A stretch of DNA of 64,000 bases from Dendrobates tinctorius (taxonomy: Eukaryota): positions 19,778,001 to 19,842,000 of the forward strand of contig NW_027361712.1 of the NCBI RefSeq assembly GCF_039654945.1. The letters run 5' to 3'. The stretch's first letter is position 1; the number at the start of each line of letters is the position of its first letter. The notes below the pieces were generated by a model. That model was not told the origin of the DNA, did not search any database, and worked only from the letters and a program-made list of their open reading frames with translations. The position numbers and the translations under genes were made by a program. This document shows positions 1 to 10,836 of the stretch, in pieces.

Positions 1-19
1 GATGAATAGGCAGCATTTT

Positions 20-670
20 GCTCCTTTAGTATAATGCACCCCATAATCCTCCACATAGTATAATGCACCCTATAGTCTATATAGTATATACTCTATATAG
101 TATAATGTGCCCCATATTCCTCTATTGTATAATGCATTTCTCATAGTCCTCCATACAGTATAATGCACTCCCCAGAGTCCTCAATGAAGTACAGTGAAAC
201 CAATAGTCCTCAATAGAGTATAATGCAGCATCCACATGGTACATATAGTATAATACACTCCTCATAGTCCTTGATAGAGTATAATGCAGCCCCCTTACGG
301 TATAATGCAGCCCCATAGAATATAATGCAGCCCCCATACGGTATAATGCAGCCCCCATACGGTATAATGCAGCCCCCATACAGTATAATGCAGCCCCCAT
401 ACAGTATAATGCAGCCCCCATACAGTATAATGCAGCCCCCATACAGTATAATGCAGCCCCCATAAAGTATAATGCAGCCGCCCTAAAGTATAATGCAGCC
501 TTATATAACATAATACGGCCCCATATAGTATAATGCTGCCCCATAGAGAATAATGAAACGCCCACAGAGTATAATGCAACCCCCTATAGTATAATGCAGC
601 CCCATATACTATAATGCAGTCCCCACAAAGTATAATGCAGCCCCCCATATAGTACATATAGTATAATGAA
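20..670. repeat. 21-bp minisatellite (unit ~CAGTATAATGCAGCCCCCATA)
   Basis: Near-perfect tandem copies at ~300-470, degenerate copies on both sides; explains the repetitive ORFs 122-565 and 295-675. Confidence 0.9.
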
Positions 671-934
671 ACCACCTTAGTTCACCAGTATTATGGCCAC
701 CACATACTCACTGATTTAAAAAAAAAATACTCACCTTTCCCGTTCCCCCGCTGCTCTGGTCTTTGCAACTCATCAACTCAGCATCTCCACTGCCTGACAC
801 AATGTGGCGCAATTAAGTGATGTCATCGTGTCCACTGGATGAGACGTCAGACACAGAAGGGGAATGATGGGAGAGGTAGTGTCACTTCTCCAACACTGGT
901 TTCAACAGTATCAGCATCTGTATTCAGCAAGTCC

Positions 935-2280
935 TAAAATTAAAGATCACACATTTCCTTTGTATTTTAGGAAAAAAAAATATTGTCATTTTTTACATGT
1001 TAAAAATTGCAAAAAAGAAAACGGGCCAATGCAAAAGTTAAGGCAACCTTGGAGATTTGTATGCTCAGATAACTTTGACCAAGGTTTCAGACCTTAATTA
1101 GCCTGATAGGGTTATGGCCTGTTTGTTATCATTGTTAGGAAAGTGCAGATGATGCAAATTTCACGGTGTTATAAAAACCCAGCTTCCTCTAACCTTGCGA
1201 AAAAAACAGCAGCCATGGATTCTTCTAAGCAGCTGCCTAGCAGCCTGAATATGAAAATGATGGCGGCCCACAAAGCAGGAGAAAGCTAGGTCAAGATAAG
1301 GTCTGGAAGACCAAGCAAAATTTCAGTGATTGCTAGAGAGGCAAATCAGAACCCCTGCTTGGTTGCAAAATACCTTCAGAAAGATTTAGCAAACTGTGGA
1401 GTTGGATTACATTGTTCTACTGTTCAGAGACAGCTGAACAAATATGGAAGAGTCATAGCCACAAACCTCTCCTACATCCTCACCATAAAATTCAGTACCA
1501 GAAGTATGCAAAGAAACATCTAAACTAGCCTGATGCATTTTGGAAACAAGTCATGAAGACCAATGAGGGTAAATTATAACTCTTTAGCCATAATTGATCA
1601 AAGGTATGTGTGGAGAAAAAAGGACACAGAATTTCAGGAAAAGAACATCTTGTCACCATTAAGCATGGGAGTAGATCAATCATGCTTTGGGGTTGTGTTG
1701 CAGCCAATGGCACAGGGAACATTTCACAGATAGAGGAAAGAATAGATTAAATTAAATTTCCAAAAATTCTTGATGCAAAAATAACACCATCTGTAAAAAA
1801 GCTGAAATTGAAAAGAGGATGGCTTTTACAAATGGATAATGATCCTAAACACATATCAAAATCTACAACAGACGACCTCAAAAGGCGCAAGCTGAAGGTT
1901 TTACAATGGCCCTCACAGTCCCCTGGTCTGCACATCATTGAAAATCTGTGGTTAGATCTGAAAATAGCAGTGCATGCAAGATGACCAAGGAATCTCACAG
2001 AAGACTCTTTTCTGGCTGCAAAAATTGTTTTCAAGCTGTAATACTTTCAAAATGGGGTACTAACCACACTGGGTGACCAAATTTTTGCATTGGTATATTT
2101 TCCTTTTTGTATTTTTTAAAATTTAAAAGATGAAAATGTATTTTTTCCTTCCTAAAAAACATAGGAAATGTGTCAACTATAACTTTATGCCTTTCAGAGA
2201 TCATTTTATCTTCAACTTGATTAACCTTTAGCAATAACAGTAATTTTGATCAGGGGTGCTCAAACTTTTACATGCCACTA
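935..2280 (+). mobile_element. Degenerate Tc1-like DNA transposon
   Basis: Decayed transposase motifs (TIKHG..IMLWGC ~1657, QMDNDPKH ~1828, WPSQSPGLHIIENLW ~1907) with stops/frameshifts; long inverted terminal segments ~950-1050 vs ~2070-2170. Confidence 0.85.
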
Positions 2281-2459
2281 TATATCACCTAAAATCCCCC
2301 CAAAATACATTTAGGTTTGTAGGTGTAATGTGAAAAAAATTTGGAATAGTTTGTGGGGTATGAATACTTTTTCAATAAACTGTATTCCCCCACACAGTTC
2401 CTCTTATCATAATTAGCCTCCACGCTGTCCTTTCCTAAAAAATATTGCCTTCACACCAT

Positions 2460-2730
2460 CCACCCGAATAGACTATAAGACACCATCACCCCTTATCAGC
2501 CACCCTTACAAACTATAATCTCCACACCATCCACCATAATGAACTATAACCTCCATATCATCCCCCTTTATGAGCTATAACCTGCACATTGTCCATCCTT
2601 ATGAACTATATCTGCCAAATCGTCCCACTTTATGAGCTATAACTTCTACATTTTCCAACCTTATGAACTATAACCTCTACATTGAACTATAAAACACTAT
2701 CACTCCTTATGACCTACAGTATAACCTAAA
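2460..2730. repeat. Degenerate tandem repeat with TATGAACTATAACC core
   Basis: Recurring gaactataacc motif. Confidence 0.6.
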
Positions 2731-2962
2731 CACATTCACTAGTTAATACATAATACCCCACATAATAGTTATTGCTTAGTTTGGTGTGGACACCAGCAAA
2801 ACACATGCTGAAAGCAAAAAACACAGTATTTACACTATATGTGCACACAGCTTTACAGACCCCAAAAAGTAGCATCAAATCAAATGTCATATAGTGAAAC
2901 TTACATAAAAATGAAAAAGATCTGACAGCTGCAACTATGAATAAATGAACAAAAAATAAATA

Positions 2963-3489
2963 CCATATTTTTCGGACTATAAGATGCACTTTTTTCCCCC
3001 AAGAATTTTTGGGAGAAATGGGGGTGCGTATTATAGCCTAGATGCACTTACCAGGAGTGTGGCGGCAGCAGAAGTCGGGCGATTCTGCCGTCTCTGGACT
3101 GGGAAGAGGGGGAGTTTGGTGGTCCGACGCTGCAGGGCAATGATCAGACTCCCATCCCAGACTGGTGCGGCAGGTTCGGTGGTGCCTGGTGGTGTGGAGG
3201 CTCTACCGACATTTTGTGAAAGCCCAGAACCCTCACACTTCCATTGCTGCAATGCGGTGGCCTCCAGTAAAATGGCTGCCGGAGGTGGCGCATGCGCAGA
3301 TTGATATCTCTGCAACGGGCTTTCGTCCCAAGATGGACCATCGAACACCTACTGTGACCCCGCTCCACCAGCACTGCAGATTCTGTACCCAGTAAGCTGA
3401 ATTAGGACTGTAAGATGGACCCCCATTTGACGCATTCATTTTTTTTGCCTTGAAAATCTGGGGTGCTTCTTATAGTCCGAAAAATACAG
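2963..3489. mobile_element. Non-autonomous Tc1/mariner(pogo)-type MITE
   Basis: TIRs CCATATTTTTCGGACTATAAG ... CTTATAGTCCGAAAAATACAG, with TA on both flanks. Confidence 0.8.
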
Positions 3490-4981
3490 TACATAGGTCC
3501 CAACCATCTCCGATACAGCAGGACACTCCCATACTTAGGTCTATGCCCTGCATGCCCAGGTTTCTGCTCAATGTCTCTCACTGCAAACGACCCCCTAACA
3601 TCTCATCCTGCCAGGATAGCAAGAATGGTAAATGGACACTACATGTGCTTAGAGACACGTATCGCAAAAGCGCAACAATAACCGATACAATACGTAAACC
3701 AAAGTTTCCACTTTTCGGTTGTCTTTTTTTAAAAAGATTGATACATTAAAAAAAATGGAAAACTTTGTTTTTAATTTTGCAGATATTTATGTTCCATTTG
3801 TAGAGGATCATTTTTTTTTGTTTAAGATAAAACTGTATCTGTTACAAACGAAAGAAAACTGGACATGTGATCGGACTATCATTCCTGGTCCCCTTGTGAG
3901 CAAAGCTGTAGAATATACTGATACTTTGTAACAAGGAGCCAATTTTTGCTGATCTGAGCTGTCTCCTATAGGGAAAGGAAACTGAGCATACAAATAAACA
4001 TGTTCGGTAATTATACAATTCAGTATGACCTACTTAGTCAGCAACTTTTTGTCCTCAGCTTTCCAAAAGTGCCAAGTTACAGTCTTCTGTAAAAAAAAAA
4101 AAAAAAAAAAGGAAAACTGTTAGTAATTCTTGTGTGTACATTTTTGTATTGTATTGCTCTAATATTAGTCTAGGATGGTGAGATGCTATATAGATATGCT
4201 GCTATGCAGAATTATATCGAGAACCCCCCACCCTGCGCCTCTTTTCTTCTGCATTTACATGTAAATTTCAGTCTTCACTGTAAATCTTATCTTTTATTTA
4301 TGCACCAAGAATATTTGTATTATCTCGAAACATTTGTAAAATGATTGAAACATATACCTAGATCGTTCTATATCCATGCTGCAGGGATAATGAAGCATTA
4401 TACAATGTCTATTGAAATCAATGGGGTCTCTGTCTAAGTCATGAACAAGCCAGATTCTTCCAGAGGGAAGATCGCAGTATCTAGCGGCTTTCTCTGCTTT
4501 GGCTAAAAGATGTGGGTCTCAAGCGAGGGACCTTTGACTATTACATACGCATTTTACACCAACAACTCCCAACCCCTAAAGGTCATTTAGTCGACAAATA
4601 GAGAATGTGCATTGCCCGCTTTCTCCAGGCGTTTGCAACTGAAAGCTAACATTCCAGCGCTGTCTTAAAATGTCACAAATCTGTTTTCGCTCGGAAATAA
4701 TAAATTGGACTGTTTAAAATCCAGCCCTTGTGTCACTCAATGGCAGAGAGACAGGCAGTCTGAACTAAGTTATTAGATTATGGGAAGATCACATCAGAAT
4801 CGCCAAAAATCTGTTGGGTATGAAATAATCTGTAGGGGTATAGCAGCTGGGATAGTTATGGGGGCACTGCGGAAATTGCCAATTTACTTCACTTCTAGTT
4901 TAGGAGTTATGTTTCTTTTTACTATCTAAGCAAGGATGAAGTCATCATCTGAGATACAATCACATGAGCAGATAGATTTAA

Positions 4982-5402
4982 AGGGGTTGTCCACTACTAG
5001 AAAAACCCATTCTAAATGTTCGGCCCCGATAGAATAATAAAGCTTATACTCCCCTCCAGTGTTGGCACTCACTCTCCCCGGGGCAAAGATGCGCTGTTGT
5101 GACACGTGACACCAGCACCCAATCAGCTCTGGAATCACTGCCTCCACCTTCGCACAAACTGAACATGAAGAGGAAGCCAGGGCTGCAGTTCATCTTCATG
5201 TTCAGTTTGCGCAGAGGCAGTGACGCCAGTGCTGATTGGGCGCTGGGCATCACGTGTCATTTCACTGCACGAGAGCCCCGGGAGCAAGAGTGCCGACACC
5301 GCAGGTATAGAACCAGTGCTCGAGGTGAGAATAGGTTTTATAATTTTGTTGGGGCCGAACATTTAATTTAAGAAGGGGTTGTCCTAGCAGTGGAAAACCT
5401 CT
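4982..5402. mobile_element. Kolobok/T2-type palindromic MITE
   Basis: TTAA flanks (4978-4981, 5403-5406); AGGGGTTGTCCACT ... AGTGGAAAACCTCT termini; internal inverted symmetry. Confidence 0.8.
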
Positions 5403-5434
5403 TTAACTTGTAACTTTGTTATCTGGTCACTTAA

Positions 5435-5905
5435 GGCCTCTTTCACACTTCAGTTTTTGACCATCAGTCAAAATCCGCCAGTTCTTGAAAAAAACGGATC
5501 CGCCATTTTTTTTGGCGGATCCGTTTTTTTCCCCATTGAGTTGCATTACCGGCGGATCTTGACGGATGGCCATCCGTTGGATCCGTTTTTTTGCGGATCC
5601 GCCAATATGTTTGCGTCCGCTGACATGCCTGGACGGACCCTGCAACGTTTTTTTGGCTGTAGAATCCACATTTTACAGTGCGCATGCCCGGAGAAAGGAA
5701 GTCAGCCGGGGATTTAACCCTGAAATTCTCTCTCTCTCTCTCTCTCCTCTTCCCGGACTGCGGCTCCTTTAAAATTCTGCATTCAATGGATCCGTCAAAA
5801 AAAACGGTCCGGTGGCATCCGTTTGCATCAGTTACAAACGGATCCGCTTTCCGCCATTTTAGCAGATTTTAACTGACAACAAAAAACGGAAGTTTGAAAG
5901 AGGCC
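5435..5905. mobile_element. PIF/Harbinger-type palindromic MITE
   Basis: TAA TSD on both sides; GGCCTCTTTCACACTT ... AAGTTTGAAAGAGGCC TIRs; same family as 25388-25961. Confidence 0.8.
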
Positions 5906-5942
5906 TAACCTGAAGGGGTTCTGGGTGATTGTATCTGTGTAA

Positions 5943-6375
5943 GGGTACCGTTACGATGTACCAGCGATCCCGACAAGGAACTGACCTGGTAAGGATCGCT
6001 GGTGCGTTGCTACATGATCGCTAGTAAGCTGTCAAACAGGCAGATCTACGCAACGATGCGGCGATCCGTAAAATGACCTCGGCGGTCGTTGGGACCTTTC
6101 ACACAGCAGCTATTCTGACGACTCACGCCTGCGTCCCCGAGTTCTGCGTCGCCAACGAGGTCGCTCGTCGGCGTCAAACACAGCGATGCGTGCTGGCCAG
6201 CGGGTCGCCAATGATCGAAAAATGGCCTGGGACATTCGAGCACGATCAGCGATATCCAGCGGGGGGGCCGGTCGCCGCTATGTGTCACACGTAGCGAGAT
6301 TGCTGGTGAGATCGCTGTTGCATCACAAAATCGGTGACGTTCCAGTGATCTCGCTAACAATCTCGTTATGGGGAT
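5943..6375. mobile_element. Harbinger-type CGATCGCT-rich MITE (partial)
   Basis: Similar to 28627-29020 and 41006-41410. Confidence 0.65.
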
Positions 6376-6972
6376 TAATTTAGACTTCTGGGCAAATTAA
6401 TTGAAGTGCTGTTTAGAAGACAGTGACCACAGAAACTGTTCCATATACGGACGCTATTAGTCATAGTAACCTTTTCAGCTCTGTTGCAGATAGTGATTTA
6501 TAATATTAGGGTAAATTGTACTGTTCAGGAAACAATATTAATTGATCCTGTCTAATCTGTAACACTGCTGACCAATAATACTAGATAAATATTGGAAAGT
6601 ATGCAAGTCAAAAGAAGTGTATAGATGCATTAGAAAAGATGACCATACACATCTTACATTGGCATAGCACCACCTATACACATTGGATATATTTCTGGAC
6701 ACAAAAAATGTGACACCCCCTAGCTATTACTTTTTCTTTAGGAAATATTTTGATAATGTGAATTGGCCATGCACAACATTCGCTAAAGAATGTAAAAGCA
6801 GTGGTGTTAGGGGAAATGGGTGGTACTTAGTGGGTACAAAATTTCAAAAGAAAGAAAAAGTAGCAGTGATGTCGCTAGCACTGAAGATCTAGGGTAATGC
6901 ATATATCTCAGACTTCTGGTCGGGTGTCCTGAATCTCCAGGCAAGGGCCACTTTCATCTGTATGGGCATTAA

Positions 6973-8250
6973 CCCCTTAATGTCCAATTACACACACCGT
7001 CCGTCATTGGACGCCTCCCCCTGTTTAGTGCGGGCTCCGGCGATGAACCCGCACCTTTTCCGGGCCATGACAGCTGATCTGATCAGCTGACATGTGACCG
7101 GAACAGCCGTGGGTGAAATCGCGATTCACCCGCGGCTGTTAACATGTTAAATGCCACTGTCAAACTCTGACAGCGGCATTTAACATGCACCCGCAGGAAG
7201 CCGTCCTTTCTTCCTCCCATCGGCGCCCGTGTCACATGACAGCGTGTCACCGATGGGTTGGCATGACAACCCGGGGTCAGGAGAAGACCCCTGTGGTTGT
7301 CATTGCTGGATAGATATGAGCACCGCCTGGTGGTCGGCGGTCATAACAAGTGAGCATTTCTGATACATAGAGCAGGGCTGCAGCCCTGCTGTATGTACCA
7401 GAGGTCATCGGACAAGTGCAGCTTATAGTTTCCCATGAAGACTGTTGAAGTATGCAAAAAGTAAAATAAAATGTTTTTAAAAATATAAAAAAATTAAAAA
7501 AAAATAAAAGTTGAAATCACCCCCCTTTCGCCCCATTCAAAATAATACCATTAAAAAAAAACAAATTTACACATATTTGGTATTACCGCCTTTAAAATCG
7601 CCCTATCTATATAAAAAAAAAGAATTAATCAAATCGGTAAACGGCGTAGCGATAAAAAATGTAAACCCCAGAATTACGTTTTTTTGGTCGCTGCAACACT
7701 GAAATAAAACGCAATAACGGGTGATCAAAAGATCATATCTGCACCAAAATGGTATCAATAAAAATGTCAGCTTGGCATGCAAAAAATAAGCCCCCACCTA
7801 GCACCAGATCTTAAAAAATAGACAGGTCATGGGTCTCGGAAAATGGCAACTTTTTTTTTTTTTTCTTTAGCAAAGTTTGGAAATGTTTTTTCACCACTGA
7901 GATAAAAAAGAACCTAGACATGTTCGGTGTCTATGAACTCGTAATGACCTGGAGAATCATAATGGCTGGTCATTTTTAGCATTTATTGAACCTTGCAAAA
8001 AAGCCAATCAAAAAACAAGTGTGGGATTGCACTTTTTTTTGCAATTTCACCGCACTTGGAATTTTTTTCCCATTTTCTGTTATGCAACATGGTAAAACCA
8101 TTGGTGTCGTTCAAAAGCACAACTCGTCCTGCAAAAAGCAAGTTCTCACATGACCATTTTGACCAAAAATTTAAAAAAGTTATGGCTCTGGGAAGAAGGG
8201 GAGCAAATAATAAAAATGCAAAACCAAAAATACCCCTGGTCGGTAAGGGG
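6973..8250 (+). mobile_element. Non-autonomous piggyBac-type element
   Basis: TTAA|CCCCTTA ... TAAGGGG|TTAA termini with TTAA TSD; no transposase ORF. Confidence 0.85.
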
Positions 8251-9184
8251 TTAACATTACACAACACAGTTGGATCCTATGGCAGAGCAGGGAGTCTCTG
8301 CATTATTAGGCCTCATGCTGCTGTATGCCTGTGGACTACAAGACATGCTGGTCAATAATGTCTCTTGTCTAGTACCACCTATGCCAACCTGCTCCGTGTG
8401 CAGGGAGAAGAGGACTTGGTCAATACAATAAAGTATAAACTTTACCTTTTTGTACAGAGTGGCAGAAAGGTGGACTTATTACTTTTGGAGTGGGAACTCA
8501 GTTTCATAATTTCTTTTTAAGGGGGCACTAGGGGAATCTTTGTTTTAAGGGGGCACTTAGGGGACATTATTTCTGGGGCATGGGGTGCAATACTTGTATT
8601 TTCCAAGGGCACTGGCAACTCAAGTCATGCCACGGTGTGAGAGTCCATAGGTCTGTATCCACGAGATGATCATTAATTAACAATAGATATTTAGCCTATC
8701 ATTTTGTATGTTAGGAAAGTTGTAGCAGAATTATACATTTCCAACATTCGTGGCATATCATTCATCTGGTCATGTATGAAAGTTCAATTCTATGAATTAT
8801 ACACAATTATTAATTTCTTTATCACCCGGTCATTCACTGAAAGATTCTGAGAATGCAGATTGCGAGCCTTTCTGGGGACAGGGTTACTTAATACATTCTA
8901 TGCATACAATGATGTAAAATTATATAGGTACTGTAGTAATAACAGGAAATCAGTATAAAGAAAAGTAAAAACCGATAGTAGTGTAATAACAATTTATTCT
9001 TATAGTCAGGGACGGGGATGGCACATCCACACCATGGACACTACGATTATAACTGGCACAGGGAGGTGGACACTGGAATTATGCCTCTGCTTATAGCAAT
9101 AATAAATCAAATATGATCTAATAGTAGTGAAAGCAGAAGTAATATCTTCTTAACATTATATAAATGTTTGCTTTCTCCTTGTAA

Positions 9185-10074
9185 CCCCTTCTTGACTTTG
9201 GGATTTTCAGTATTTGCGTTTTCATTGCATAAAAGGTCCAATTTCACAATTGTTTTTGTTTTTTTATTATGTTCACTAAATGCTAAAACTGACCTGCCAT
9301 TATGATTCTCCGGGTCATTTATAAAAAAAACAAAACAAAAAGGCACCATTTTCTGAGAGCAGTAGCATCTCTCTTTTTTCATATCTGCATCTAGATCTGA
9401 GGCTGGGTGAGGACTTATTTTTTGTGCACCGATCTGACGTCATTGCAATGTTGCGGGAACAAAAAAAACGTTATTCTGGTAGTTTGATTTTTTTCTTATT
9501 AGGCCGTTTACCAATAGGATTAATTGTTTTTTGTATTTTGATAGATCACAGCGATACCAAATATGTATATTTTTAGGTTTTTTTATAGTTTTATATTGAA
9601 TGGGGAAAAAAGGGGGGTGATTTTATTTTTTTTACTTTTTTAATATTTAAATATATCTATATTTTTTCTTTTACTTGCCTCAATAGTCTGATTGCTTGTT
9701 CTTCAGCCCTGCTATGTGTAGCAAAAATCATAGCAGATCTGAAATGACAAGCACGTGGATTTCCTTCAGACCCCCGGTTGTCATGCCATCCCATTGGTGC
9801 CCTGTGATCATGTGACAGAGGAGCAGTTGGGCATGATTTGTGACGCACTTCCAGTGCGCTCATGTCAAATATCACTGTCAGAGATTGACAGCGCCATTTA
9901 TCATGTTAACAGCCGCAGGTTTTTCGCGATTCTACCGGCCGCTGTTAGGGGCACATGACAGCTGATAAGATCAGCTGTCATGTGCCTGAAAAGATGCGGG
10001 CTCAGTGCCGAGCCTGCATCAAAGGGTGATACACGTCTTCTGAAGTATCTATACATCATAGGTCGTGAAAGGGC
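9185..10074 (-). mobile_element. Second, inverted and shorter copy of the piggyBac-type element
   Basis: Reverse-complement similarity to 6973-8250; CCCCTT start, degraded right end. Confidence 0.75.
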
Positions 10075-10740
10075 TGAATCAAATATTATCTAACGTTAGT
10101 GAAAGCAGAAGTAATATATTCTTAAACATTATATAAATGTTTGGTTTCTACTTGTAGTAATTTTTTTTCATACCCTCATGGACACCAAAAGTTACTATTG
10201 CTACAAATTTTTAACAGGATTTACAGAAATTGCAACGTTCCACTCCATAAAAAACCTTTGGGTGTTTGTGTCAGTCTCTTTCCTTCTTTTTCCTCAGTCT
10301 CTTTCCCTCCCCCTCTTCCTGTAACACAAATCTGGATCATTTGCAACTCCACTTCAGACACAGTTTTTCCTCCTTGTCCAAGCACACATCAGGAGGACAT
10401 ACTCGGGAAGAAGCTTCCCTCTCTCCAACCTTTCTCCTTCAGTTTATAGATTTTACTACATCACCTAACACATCATTCTTACATTTACTTACTCCTTTGG
10501 TCTCAGTATCACATACTACAGCTTAATAATACTGTTCGCATCTCCCAAACAACACATGTAATGTAACTTGCTCTTTGTTTCCACTTTTGTCCATTCTGTC
10601 TCACACCCTCTGGTAACTAAACCCTAAAGCTTCATCTTTATTGGAAATAAAAACTAAAACTCCCACAGTAACTTCTCTATATTTTCTTATCTCCATCCCC
10701 CTCACCTCTCTCTCATTTTGTTGTGGCCCCTGCCTTGGGG

Positions 10741-10836
10741 ATGAGTGGACAGGAAGGTCCCGACAGCACTGGTGGCTTTTCTCTGGATAAAGAATTTCTA
10801 AACTCACCAAAAGGACGGATTTTACTTGCAGAGCTG
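10741..10836 (+). CDS. cmtm5: cmtm5 coding exon 1 (MSGQEGPDSTGGFSLDKEFLNSPKGRILLAEL)
   Basis: ATG at 10741, donor GTAACG at 10837. Confidence 0.85.

Noticed and set aside
20-670. CRISPR-like array
   Set aside because: Head-to-tail tandem units without unique spacers; eukaryotic context
122-675. Repetitive ORFs (GAALYCM)n and (GLHYTVW)n
   Set aside because: Translation of a 21-bp minisatellite; no evidence of coding function
3450-4700. Possible IL25 or other upstream-gene exons expected from mammalian synteny
   Set aside because: No IL17-family cysteine-knot peptide or convincing exon was recognised
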